A stretch of 64,000 nucleotides of DNA, taken from a virus. A program made the translations under genes and the position numbers. Position 1 is the stretch's first letter, and every line of letters starts with the position of its first letter. Location of the stretch: the IMG/VR virus record IMGVR_UViG_3300030103_002937, positions 28,967 through 92,966 of that record. One strand, written 5' to 3'. Shown here in pieces: positions 16,468-25,414 of the stretch. The notes under the pieces were generated by a model. It was not told where the DNA came from, searched no databases, and saw nothing but the letters and a program-made list of their open reading frames with translations.

Positions 16468-18192
16468 ATGCAAGTAAACAATTCGGAGATCAATGGATTT
16501 TTGATTGACCAGTTTAATCAACATGACCTAGATGTGGGTAAGACGCAGGGGATTTGTCCTCTGTGCTCTCACACAAGGAAACCTGAGAATAAGAAACAAA
16601 AGTGCGCTTCTTACGATTGGGAACGGGGTCTCGGAACTTGCCATAATTGTGATCGCACATTTCAAATGCACACGTATCAGCGTAAAGGGGCGAGCGAAAA
16701 AGTATATGTTCGCCCTGAAACGCCTGATGCTATACACAATGTTTCGACTAATGTTGAAACGTGGTTTGAATCGCGAGGCATATCAAAGCATACACTTAAA
16801 GCGCTCAAAGTAACCGAGGGTCAAGAGTTTATGCCACAAACCGGTAAGACCGAGAATACCATACAGTTTAATTACTATATGGGCGATCAACTCATAAATG
16901 TAAAATACAGAGACGGTCGTAAGAACTTTAAGTTATATAAGGGTGCCGAAAAGGTTTTCTATAATATAAACAGTATCGTAGGATATGAGTATTGTATTAT
17001 TGTAGAAGGTGAAATGGACGCCCTTTCTTTATATGAAGCAGGTATTGAAAACGTAATATCAGTTCCTAACGGTGCAACACTAAATAATAACAATCTTGAT
17101 TACTTAGATAACTGTATTGATTACTTTACAGACAAAGAAAAGATTATTATAGCTGTTGACTCAGACGAGGCTGGACAAGCATTGCAAACAGAGCTTGTTC
17201 GTCGTTTAGGTGCTGAAGTATGTTACCTTGCTGATTTTAATGGTTGCAAAGACGCAAATGAATATTTATTAGAATATGGAAAAGAAGAGCTTGCAAAGCG
17301 TATTACAAAAGCAAGACCGGTACCCCTTGAAAACGTCACAACTTTCAAAGACATTGAGAATGAAGTTACTGACTTCGTTACTAATGGGTTCAAGCCCGGT
17401 TATCAAGTCGGGTTGGAAAATTTTGATGATATCTTTTCAACTTACACTGGTCAATTTATTACTGTTACTGGTATACCTTCTTCCGGTAAGAGTGACTTCG
17501 TCGATCAAATGGTCGTTGGATATAACTCGAACTATGGTTGGAAGACAGCGTTTGCTAGTCCAGAAAATGCGCCAACTTATTTACATGCCCATAAACTAAT
17601 GCGTAAGACGTGGCAAGATATGCCACGTAAATCAGATATCGGTACAGATAAATGGAATCAGGTAGCTGAACATGTAAATGATAATTACTTCTTTATTGAT
17701 ATGGAGCGTTACACTCTTGAAGCCGTACTTCGTAAAGGAGCAGAGCTTGTTAAGCGTAAAGGTATCAAATGTTTAGTAATAGACCCATTTAATAAGATAC
17801 GTGATGTTGATGCGGTTTCTGATGATGTAAATAGATATACAATGGACTATTTACAAAAGATTGAAATCTTTGCTAAGAAATATGATGTATTAGTTTTTAT
17901 TGTCGCTCACCCTACAAAAATGTATAAAGGTTCTGACGGACAAATAGAAGAACCTACAATGTACAATATAAAAGGCGGCGGCGAATGGTATGATGCTTCC
18001 TATCACGGTATATTAGTTCATAGAAATTATGAAGCTAAAACTGTCAAAGCTAAGGTGTTGAAAGTAAAGTTTCAAAACTTAGGTGAAAATGGTGCTGAAG
18101 CACATTTTAAATGGGAACCAAAGTCAGGTTGTTTTATACCTCACAGAGATATGGTCGTTAATGATGACCCGTTACCATGGGAAGCGGGCTAA
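16468..18192 (+). CDS. Primase-helicase (T7 gp4/Twinkle-like)
   Basis: Zn ribbon CPLC...CHNC; TOPRIM VEGEMDAL, DSDEAG, KDANE; Walker A GIPSSGKS; VIDP; VAHP. Confidence 0.95.
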   Translation: MQVNNSEINGFLIDQFNQHDLDVGKTQGICPLCSHTRKPENKKQKCASYDWERGLGTCHNCDRTFQMHTYQRKGASEKVYVRPETPDAIHNVSTNVETWFESRGISKHTLKALKVTEGQEFMPQTGKTENTIQFNYYMGDQLINVKYRDGRKNFKLYKGAEKVFYNINSIVGYEYCIIVEGEMDALSLYEAGIENVISVPNGATLNNNNLDYLDNCIDYFTDKEKIIIAVDSDEAGQALQTELVRRLGAEVCYLADFNGCKDANEYLLEYGKEELAKRITKARPVPLENVTTFKDIENEVTDFVTNGFKPGYQVGLENFDDIFSTYTGQFITVTGIPSSGKSDFVDQMVVGYNSNYGWKTAFASPENAPTYLHAHKLMRKTWQDMPRKSDIGTDKWNQVAEHVNDNYFFIDMERYTLEAVLRKGAELVKRKGIKCLVIDPFNKIRDVDAVSDDVNRYTMDYLQKIEIFAKKYDVLVFIVAHPTKMYKGSDGQIEEPTMYNIKGGGEWYDASYHGILVHRNYEAKTVKAKVLKVKFQNLGENGAEAHFKWEPKSGCFIPHRDMVVNDDPLPWEAG

Positions 18193-18464
18193 GTAAAAAG
18201 AAACAATGGTGGACTCCAATGCCTTCATATGCAAGATCACCTGAAGAAGAAGCTGCATACCAATGGTGTGTAAAGAATAATATAAAAATATCACCGTTTG
18301 CAGCATCAAGTGATAAAGTTAACAATGAATGGTGGATTGATATTGAAACAAACAATCTAAACAAAAGAAGTCCTTATAAGTATAACAGAGACCAAATATG
18401 GTCTAAAATATTTGAATTATATGTTTTCTACTATAAGAAATACGGATTACGAAATACAGTATAG
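18177..18464 (+). CDS. Hypothetical protein
   Basis: ORF track, between helicase and ThyA homologue. Confidence 0.6.
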   Translation: MGSGLSKKKQWWTPMPSYARSPEEEAAYQWCVKNNIKISPFAASSDKVNNEWWIDIETNNLNKRSPYKYNRDQIWSKIFELYVFYYKKYGLRNTV

Positions 18465-19212
18465 AGATATTATACAAAGTTGCTTAAGCAATGAAGCTGT
18501 ATATAGAGAAGACCGAACAGGTATTGGTTGCTATTCAGTATTTAATAAACAAATAGATATTGAAGTTGGTAACAAGTTTCCTGTAATTACCGGTCGTAAA
18601 ATGTTTCCTAAAGTATTCAATACTGAAATGCTTTGGTTTTTAAATGGTGAAACAAATATAAAAAGATTCAAAGATGCAGGCGTAAAGATATGGGACGCTT
18701 GGGCTGACGAAGATGGCGAACTGGGGCCTGTTTATGGTCATCAGCTTAGAAACTTCAGCGGTCGAGGTTATGATCAGCTAGAAAGCGTTATAGATAGCTT
18801 AAAAAGCGACCCAGACAGTCGTCGCCATGTAATATCGCTATGGAATCCGGTGCAACTTGAATATATGGCTTTGCCACCTTGCTATTTATATTTTCAGTTC
18901 TTTGTTGAAAACGGCAAACTTAATATGTTTGTTGTACAAAGATCAGGTGATATGTATTTAGGTGTGCCATACGACATTGCACTATTTACACTAATTATGA
19001 ATTATGTAGGTGAAAAAACAGGATTGTTACCAAACAGATTATCAGTTAATATAGTTGACGCTCATGTATACAAAAATCAATTAGAAGCAGTTAATAAGTA
19101 TTTAGACACAAATATTTTATCAACACCTTCATATAGATTTTGTACAGAACGAGGCGCCCGACTAATTGATTATCAGTCTGGTCCGCATATTCCAGCACCT
19201 GTAGCAGTATAA
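18412..19212 (+). CDS. Thymidylate synthase (ThyA) homologue, probably dCMP-specific
   Basis: DRTGIG, EMLWFLNG, IWDAWAD, LGPVYG, DSRR, LPPC, QRSGD, DAHVY; Asp in place of Asn177 and Tyr in place of His147. Confidence 0.9.
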   Translation: MNYMFSTIRNTDYEIQYRDIIQSCLSNEAVYREDRTGIGCYSVFNKQIDIEVGNKFPVITGRKMFPKVFNTEMLWFLNGETNIKRFKDAGVKIWDAWADEDGELGPVYGHQLRNFSGRGYDQLESVIDSLKSDPDSRRHVISLWNPVQLEYMALPPCYLYFQFFVENGKLNMFVVQRSGDMYLGVPYDIALFTLIMNYVGEKTGLLPNRLSVNIVDAHVYKNQLEAVNKYLDTNILSTPSYRFCTERGARLIDYQSGPHIPAPVAV

Positions 19213-19215
19213 ACT

Positions 19216-19971
19216 ATGTATTATTTATATCACATTCCGGGTAAAAAGATCGGAGTTACACGTAATCTTAATAAACGCGTAACGGAAACCCAGGGCTATA
19301 AGCCTACCGAATATGAAGTTCTTGATCAGAGTGAAGATATTAGTTATATATCATACCGTGAAATAGAACTTCAAAAGTCTTATGGCTACAGAGTAGATCG
19401 GAAACTTTATAAAACTTTATTTAATAAAATGAAAATAAACCCTACAGACCAAACAAGTACATTTCCTGTGCCAGTCAATAAGCTAAAAGGTAGACTTATG
19501 GATTGTCTTGGATTAAAATGGAAAACACCACAAGGTTACGAATTTGAAATAACAACAAAAGCTATCCCGTGGATTGTACGAAACGCTAAGACTTCAATGT
19601 ATAACGAGGATAGAAGCTATATTTATAATAAAGCGTTTTACGAGGCTTTTCAAGCCGAACCCGCTATTCCAGTCAACAACGTATTCGAGCATATACGTGA
19701 GTGGGCACGCGACAGAGGTATATATGATTCTGGCGATGTGAAGACACAACTAATCAAACTATATGAAGAGACGGGAGAACTCGCTCAGGCGGTCCTTAAG
19801 AAAGACGATGACAGTATTATCGACGCTATCGGTGATAGTGTTGTGGTACTCACCAATCTTGCCACACTGGCAGGTTATGATATTGAGCATTGCATTAATA
19901 CCGCCTATGGTGAAATTAGGAGCCGAACTGGATCCATGGTAAACGGAACCTTTGTAAAAGAGCAATTATGA
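19216..19971 (+). CDS. MazG-like NTP pyrophosphohydrolase fused to GIY-YIG-like and unknown N-terminal domains
   Basis: N-terminal YYLY...KIGVTRNL.KR; C-terminal IREWA.DRG...QL.KL.EE.GELA......D..IDAIGD. Confidence 0.85.
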   Translation: MYYLYHIPGKKIGVTRNLNKRVTETQGYKPTEYEVLDQSEDISYISYREIELQKSYGYRVDRKLYKTLFNKMKINPTDQTSTFPVPVNKLKGRLMDCLGLKWKTPQGYEFEITTKAIPWIVRNAKTSMYNEDRSYIYNKAFYEAFQAEPAIPVNNVFEHIREWARDRGIYDSGDVKTQLIKLYEETGELAQAVLKKDDDSIIDAIGDSVVVLTNLATLAGYDIEHCINTAYGEIRSRTGSMVNGTFVKEQL

Positions 19972-20207
19972 ATCCAAGAGAAGACAAAATAATTAAAAGA
20001 GTTGTCGAAAAGATTCTACAACGCTCAGAAGCTGGCTACAAAAAATATGGAGTTGGCTTAGACAAAGATGACCAAACATTGGACACATGGCTAAATCACT
20101 TGCAAGAAGAATTAATGGATGCCGTTAATTATATTGAAAAAGCAAGAATGGTCCTACGCAGTGAAATTGAAGAATGTTATTTAAGAGATGCGAAGGAAAC
20201 CATATAA
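19968..20207 (+). CDS. Small all-alpha protein with an NTP-PPase-like EExxD motif
   Basis: RS..G.KKYG..L......WL.HLQEELMDA..Y. Confidence 0.65.
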   Translation: MNPREDKIIKRVVEKILQRSEAGYKKYGVGLDKDDQTLDTWLNHLQEELMDAVNYIEKARMVLRSEIEECYLRDAKETI

Positions 20208-20643
20208 AAGACGAAAGCGCGGGCCGGTGCAAGCAAAGAAGATATCATATGATGGTATCAACTTTGCTTCCGGTTTAGAGCGATATATGTATATGGCTTT
20301 GAAAAAAGCAAAGATCAAAGCTAAATACGAAGGCGAAACGTTTGTATTGCTGAATGGATTTCATTTCCCAAACAAATGCTATGCACGTCAAGCTAATGGC
20401 AAAGGTGATTTTAAAGATAGAGGTAGCAAACGTATACTTCCTATAAAATATACACCAGACTTCATTGGTGATGACTTTATTATAGAAACAAAAGGTAGAG
20501 CTAATGAATCGTTTCCAATGCGCTGGAAGCTATTTAAAAAGCTCGTAACCCAACAGTTTCCGCAATATACATTGTATAAACCACAAAATCAAGCAGAATG
20601 CGACAGAACAATAGAGCTAATCCTCAACTTGCAAAAAAAGTAG
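20188..20643 (+). CDS. T7 endonuclease I-like Holliday junction resolvase
   Basis: FASGLE, KYE, YTPDF....IIETKG. Confidence 0.85.
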   Translation: MRRKPYKRRKRGPVQAKKISYDGINFASGLERYMYMALKKAKIKAKYEGETFVLLNGFHFPNKCYARQANGKGDFKDRGSKRILPIKYTPDFIGDDFIIETKGRANESFPMRWKLFKKLVTQQFPQYTLYKPQNQAECDRTIELILNLQKK

Positions 20644-20771
20644 CGAGACAAAAATACAAGGAGCGCCAAATTGATAAGTTTGTTAAGTGGGCTGCCGAGC
20701 AAAAAGGATATATAAAGTATAAGGAAATTGTTGAATTACACGAAAAATATAATATAAAAGTGTATGGCTAA
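20598..20771 (+). CDS. Small protein (57 aa)
   Basis: MRQNNRANPQLAKK...; fills the gap. Confidence 0.5.
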   Translation: MRQNNRANPQLAKKVARQKYKERQIDKFVKWAAEQKGYIKYKEIVELHEKYNIKVYG

Positions 20772-20898
20772 ATTAAATTTATTTACTTACAGAAAAAAAG
20801 CAAAAGTGCGTAGACCAGGCGTTCATGCTAAAACAAAACATAGTAATAATAAACAAAGTAAAAATTATGTTAAAAAATACAAAGGGCAGGGCCACTAA
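20764..20898 (+). CDS. Small very basic protein (44 aa)
   Basis: RRPGVHAKTK.S..K.SKNY.K.YKGQG. Confidence 0.6.
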   Translation: MAKLNLFTYRKKAKVRRPGVHAKTKHSNNKQSKNYVKKYKGQGH

Positions 20899-21028
20899 AG
20901 ATTGGTCATTAAGTTTAGGAACATATCCAGGAATATTATTTGGTATGCGTACGTATCATGGTGACACGCATTCTCAAACTGTGTTTTACTTACCGTTTAT
21001 TGATGTTGCTTACGAAGTTGAAAAATAA
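20867..21028 (+). CDS. Small hypothetical protein
   Basis: WSLSLG.YPGILFG.R.Y...YLPFID; TAATG-coupled to nrdB. Confidence 0.6.
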   Translation: MLKNTKGRATKDWSLSLGTYPGILFGMRTYHGDTHSQTVFYLPFIDVAYEVEK

Positions 21029-21987
21029 TGGGATTGTTTGATGAGCGCGTAGCGTACAAACCGTTTGAGTATCCTGATTATTATACAGAGGGCTGGTTAA
21101 AACAGGCTCAGGCATTTTGGTTGCATACTGAAATACCAATGCAAAGTGACATAAAAGATTGGAAAGAAAAATTAACACCTGAAGAAAAAAACTTAGTAGG
21201 CAATATATTATTAGGTTTTGCTCAGACAGAATGTGCAGTATCAGATTACTGGACACAAAAAGTCGTATCATGGTTTCCTAAACATGAAATACAGCAAATG
21301 GCTATGATGTTTGGTTCACAAGAAACAATACATGCTGTAGCTTACAGTTATTTAAATGAAACATTAGGACTTGAAGATTATGAAGCTTTTTTACACGAGC
21401 CGGCGACTGCTGGAAGGTTTGACAATCTGGTTAGTTATAGTGGTACCAATCCTGTCGGGATTGGCCGCTCTCTTGCTATCTTTAGTGCTTTTGCTGAAGG
21501 GGTTAGCTTATATTCTGCATTTGCTGTTCTTTATAGTTTCCAGTTAAGAAATTTACTGAAAGGTATAGGTCAACAAATGAAATGGAGTGTACGAGATGAA
21601 TCACTTCACAGTAAAATGGGTTGTAAGCTTTTCCGCGATATGTGCAAAGAAACACCTGGTTTACTAGAAGATTGTCAAAAAGATATAGCTGAAGCTGCTA
21701 AAACAATGGTAGACTTAGAAGAAAAGTATATTGACAAAATGTTTGAAATGGGTGATATTGAAAACCTAAAAGCATCTGATCTTAAACAATTTATTAGAAA
21801 AAGAGCAAATGAAAAATTACAAGAGCTTGGATATTCAGCCTTCTTCGATGTCGATACTGAAGCGGCTGATAACCTTGATTGGTTTTATCATCTTACCGGT
21901 GGTCATACTCATACAGATTTCTTCGCTATTCGTCCAACTGATTACTCAAAGGCTAACGAAGGAGAAGACTTTGAAGACATTTGGTGA
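21028..21987 (+). CDS. nrdB: Ribonucleotide reductase class I beta subunit
   Basis: FW...E, ETIHAVAY (radical Tyr), EGVSLYSAF, RDESLH, DFF. Confidence 0.95.
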   Translation: MGLFDERVAYKPFEYPDYYTEGWLKQAQAFWLHTEIPMQSDIKDWKEKLTPEEKNLVGNILLGFAQTECAVSDYWTQKVVSWFPKHEIQQMAMMFGSQETIHAVAYSYLNETLGLEDYEAFLHEPATAGRFDNLVSYSGTNPVGIGRSLAIFSAFAEGVSLYSAFAVLYSFQLRNLLKGIGQQMKWSVRDESLHSKMGCKLFRDMCKETPGLLEDCQKDIAEAAKTMVDLEEKYIDKMFEMGDIENLKASDLKQFIRKRANEKLQELGYSAFFDVDTEAADNLDWFYHLTGGHTHTDFFAIRPTDYSKANEGEDFEDIW

Positions 21988-22019
21988 AATAATAAATCAA
22001 GAAGATATAGACGAATTAT

Positions 22020-22259
22020 ATGAAAGGACAAAAACAGAGTAGAATTGATAATGTTGAAAAGCGCTTAGCTGCAATGACAAGAGTATTACAAGAACTTATT
22101 AATGAAGTTCAAAATACTAAAACAATTGCACTAGGTGTACATCAAACAATAAAAGAAATGCCTAACTATGAAGAAGCGATCGAAAAGCTTAAAGAGAAAG
22201 CTGCTGGAGAGCATGGTGAAGGAGAGGAAATTATCTCCGACGGAAAGATTAGCGAATAG
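22020..22259 (+). CDS. Coiled-coil hypothetical protein
   Basis: ORF track. Confidence 0.65.
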   Translation: MKGQKQSRIDNVEKRLAAMTRVLQELINEVQNTKTIALGVHQTIKEMPNYEEAIEKLKEKAAGEHGEGEEIISDGKISE

Positions 22260-22446
22260 GCTGGGTTACATGGGGACTGGTTTTTTTGTAACTGCTCCCC
22301 ATATGCTACCTGACACACCAGGTGTAGTAATATATTTTTTAGCTGGTTTGTTTTGTACACCGCAAGTGTGGGTTGCAAAGCAATGGAACTTAGTAATAGT
22401 AAACTTAAATGTAATGATAGCCTACGCGCTACTATTTTTTAAATGA
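22213..22446 (+). CDS. Small membrane protein with about 3 TM helices and a PQ motif
   Basis: Hydrophobic segments; LFCTPQVWVAKQWNLV; start re-called at MVKERK. Confidence 0.6.
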   Translation: MVKERKLSPTERLANRLGYMGTGFFVTAPHMLPDTPGVVIYFLAGLFCTPQVWVAKQWNLVIVNLNVMIAYALLFFK

Positions 22447-24212
22447 TGTGGAATAATGAATGGAAAAAAGGTGTCGACTACCCATCTTGGGGAGACACGG
22501 AAGTATACAAGAAGACTATATCCGGGGGATATCTACATATGGGAGAGTCTCCAAGAGACGCATACAAAAGAGTCGCAACAACAGTTGCAAGACGATTGTA
22601 CAAACCAGAGCTAGCAGATACATTTTTTGATTACATTTGGAAAGGGTGGTTGTGTTTAGCGTCTCCGGTTTTATCTAATACAGGTACCGATCGTGGTTTA
22701 CCTATATCATGCTTTGGGATTGACGTAGGAGACAGCATACACGATATTGGTACAAAGAATTTAGAAATGATGATGCTTGCCAAACACGGTGGGGGTGTTG
22801 GTATCGGAGTTAACATGATTCGTCCCGCCGGAGCTAAAATCACAGGAAATGGAACATCAGATGGAGTCGTACCCTTCTGCAAAATCTACGATAGCACAAT
22901 TCTTGCAACCAATCAAGGATCAGTTAGACGCGGAGCTGCAAGCGTTAATATCAACATTGACCACGGAGATTTTGAAGAGTGGCTTGAAATACGAGAGCCT
23001 AAAGGAGATGTCAACAGACAATCGCTTAACTTACATCAGTGCGCAGTGGTTGGCGATAAGTTTATGCGAAAGCTTGAACGAGGAGATGCAGAAGCTAGAT
23101 CTAAATGGAGTAAACTTCTTAGAAAAAGGAAAAGCACCGGAGAACCGTATATCCTTTTTAAAGGAAACACTAATAAAGCAAATCCAGCAGCGTACAAAGA
23201 CAACGCTTTAAAAGTGCATATGACTAATATCTGTAGCGAAATAGTATTGCACACAGATGAGTCGCATAGCTTTGTTTGCTGTTTAAGCAGTTTAAATGTC
23301 ACTAAGTATGAAGAATGGAAGAATACAAACCTTATCTACGATGCTATCTGGTTTCTTGATGGAGTCTTGGAAGAGTTTATTCAGAAGGCTAAAGGGCTTA
23401 CAGGTTTTGGAAACTCTGTTAGATCTGCTGAGAAGGGCAGAGCACTTGGCTTGGGAGTCTTGGGTTGGCATACGTACCTGCAACAAAACGGTGTACCCTT
23501 TGAAGGATTACAAGCACAGTTCCAGACAAGACGTATATTTAGCCAAATTAAGATTGAATCTGAACGAGCATCAAGAGCGCTTGCTGAGGTTTATGGTGAA
23601 CCTCTTTGGTGTCGTGGCACTGGCTTTCGCAACACTCATCTTAGGGCTGTTGCTCCTACTGTGTCTAATAGTAAGCTTGCCGGTAATGTTAGTCCTGGTG
23701 TTGAGCCTTGGGCCGCTAATGTTTTCACTGAACAAAGCGCGAAGGGTACGTTCATTAGGAAAAACAGAGAACTAGAAAAAGTACTTCGTAAAGTTGGAAT
23801 CAACGTCAAAGAAACGTGGGATAAAATTATGGCCGACGGCGGGAGTATACAAGATATCGAAGAGTTAGATAACTGGGGATATGTTAATGGTAAGCTTACG
23901 CTTATTGAGGACTCAAAATCGTACGATCTAACGGGCTTTGATAAAGTTAAAGATGTATTTAAAACCTTTAAAGAAATAAATCAATTAGAGCTAGTTAATC
24001 AAGCCGGCATACGTCAGCAGTATATTGACCAATCTGTCAGTTTGAATTTAGCTTTTCCTTCTGAAGCGTCGCCTAAGTGGATTAATCAAGTTCATATGGA
24101 CGCCTGGAAAAAAGGTATTAAAACATTATATTACATGCGGACAGAGTCTGTACTGAGAGGCGATATAGCTGCAAGTGCTATGGACCCAGACTGTGTTGCT
24201 TGTGATGGGTAA
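22443..24212 (+). CDS. nrdA: Ribonucleotide reductase class I alpha subunit (no ATP cone)
   Basis: SPVLSN.G, PISCF, GGGVG, NQGSVRRGA, TNICSEI, VAPT.S, YY, C-terminal CVAC. Confidence 0.95.
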   Translation: MMWNNEWKKGVDYPSWGDTEVYKKTISGGYLHMGESPRDAYKRVATTVARRLYKPELADTFFDYIWKGWLCLASPVLSNTGTDRGLPISCFGIDVGDSIHDIGTKNLEMMMLAKHGGGVGIGVNMIRPAGAKITGNGTSDGVVPFCKIYDSTILATNQGSVRRGAASVNINIDHGDFEEWLEIREPKGDVNRQSLNLHQCAVVGDKFMRKLERGDAEARSKWSKLLRKRKSTGEPYILFKGNTNKANPAAYKDNALKVHMTNICSEIVLHTDESHSFVCCLSSLNVTKYEEWKNTNLIYDAIWFLDGVLEEFIQKAKGLTGFGNSVRSAEKGRALGLGVLGWHTYLQQNGVPFEGLQAQFQTRRIFSQIKIESERASRALAEVYGEPLWCRGTGFRNTHLRAVAPTVSNSKLAGNVSPGVEPWAANVFTEQSAKGTFIRKNRELEKVLRKVGINVKETWDKIMADGGSIQDIEELDNWGYVNGKLTLIEDSKSYDLTGFDKVKDVFKTFKEINQLELVNQAGIRQQYIDQSVSLNLAFPSEASPKWINQVHMDAWKKGIKTLYYMRTESVLRGDIAASAMDPDCVACDG

Positions 24213-24213
24213 T

Positions 24214-24249
24214 AAAAAAAGGGGAAGCTTAACGGCCTCCCCTTCTTTG
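24214..24249. terminator. Bidirectional rho-independent terminator between the converging arms
   Basis: A7-GGGGAAGC-TTAACG-GCCTCCCC-TTCTTT. Confidence 0.8.
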
Positions 24250-24293
24250 TTACAGGATTTTTGGGTATGGTGCCCATTTTTTTTATTCCTGTT

Positions 24294-24590
24294 TTATTTG
24301 AATCTTTTTTCAATTCTATTCATTTTCTTTTCTTTTCTTTTAGCAAGTCTTTCGCTAGCTTTGCCTTTCTTTATAACTTCTCTGTTATTTTTTTGATACG
24401 AAACACTACCATCATTAAGTGCAAATAAAGATATAACTTTCTTACCAGTATCTAAACTTCTAAAGTATTGAGCACTACCGTCTTCAGAAGTTATTACACC
24501 CTTATTTGTGTATAATGCTCTATAACCTTTTCCGTTATCTACTTCTTTATTCGTAGAGGTTGATTGTATATTAAATTTACCGTTTCTCAT
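24294..24590 (-). CDS. Basic hypothetical protein
   Basis: Last gene of the late arm; TAATG coupling. Confidence 0.65.
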   Translation of the reverse strand: MRNGKFNIQSTSTNKEVDNGKGYRALYTNKGVITSEDGSAQYFRSLDTGKKVISLFALNDGSVSYQKNNREVIKKGKASERLAKRKEKKMNRIEKRFK

Positions 24591-24946
24591 TATTTCTTTA
24601 CTTCAAATTTAAAATTCTTACCTGACACAGCAAGCTTATCAATTACTTCAGTTTGCGTATCGCGCAGTAGTCTTTCAAGTTTATCTTTTTCTATAACCAT
24701 ACCGGCTACTTTATCTTCTAGCGCTTCGTTTTTTGCTTTTAGTGATTCTAACTCTTCAGGATTCTTACCTATAAAAGTATATATCACCACACTTAAAGAA
24801 CCAACAAGCATACCGACAATAACTTTAAATATATCATTATTTGTTTCCGGTATTTCTTTAAAGGCTAAAAATAATAATAAACCCATAACCATTGCAAATA
24901 CTGTTGCAGCGCCTATGTAACCCCTCATTTCTTTGTTTCTAAACAT
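24590..24946 (-). CDS. 2-TM membrane protein with coiled coil (holin-like)
   Basis: Two hydrophobic helices; start re-called at MFRNKEM with an A-rich leader. Confidence 0.65.
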   Translation of the reverse strand: MFRNKEMRGYIGAATVFAMVMGLLLFLAFKEIPETNNDIFKVIVGMLVGSLSVVIYTFIGKNPEELESLKAKNEALEDKVAGMVIEKDKLERLLRDTQTEVIDKLAVSGKNFKFEVKK

Positions 24947-24956
24947 TTGTTTTATT

Positions 24957-25001
24957 TTAGCATAAGCCGCAGCCAATGCAGATTGGACATATATTTTCCA
25001 T
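24957..25001 (-). CDS. 14-aa Cys-rich micropeptide MENICPICIGCGLC
   Basis: ATG 2 nt after the upstream stop; TAA followed by the A-rich leader of the next gene; CxxCxxCxxC. Confidence 0.6.
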   Translation of the reverse strand: MENICPICIGCGLC

Positions 25002-25003
25002 AA

Positions 25004-25414
25004 TTAAAAATTTGATGCTAAGTTAATTTCATTTATTGCTTCTTGTATTTCAGCCAACCCCACAGGAAGCGTAAGGTCAAGACCTGCTTTAAATATTTTT
25101 TCCATACTACCAGACTTAAAAATAAGCACAGTAGGTACCATTCGAACCCTATACTTTTTTTTAGCTTGTGGTGCCGTAGATATATCAACTCTATAATATG
25201 ATGCATTTTCTATTTTATCCCATTCGTTAAAACAATTTGCTTCATTAAATTTAGCCCAGAATTCAACAACTATTGTGCCATCATTATCATCACCAAAAGC
25301 ATTATCGTTACTTATTGTTTGGTCAAAGTTGCTATCATCAATCCAGTATTTTGCCGGCACGTCGGATTGTGCGTGTGCTAAAGCACTTATAAGCAGTAGT
25401 ATTAAAGTTCTCAT
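25004..25414 (-). CDS. Secreted thioredoxin-fold protein lacking CxxC
   Basis: Signal peptide ending AHA-Q; IDDSNFD, IVVEFWAKFN, YRVDI, YRVRMVPTVLIFK. Confidence 0.75.
   Translation of the reverse strand: MRTLILLLISALAHAQSDVPAKYWIDDSNFDQTISNDNAFGDDNDGTIVVEFWAKFNEANCFNEWDKIENASYYRVDISTAPQAKKKYRVRMVPTVLIFKSGSMEKIFKAGLDLTLPVGLAEIQEAINEINLASNF

Noticed and set aside
21028-24212. Introns or inteins in the RNR, terminase or helicase genes
   Set aside because: The ORFs are contiguous and of ordinary or compact length, with no splice or homing motifs.
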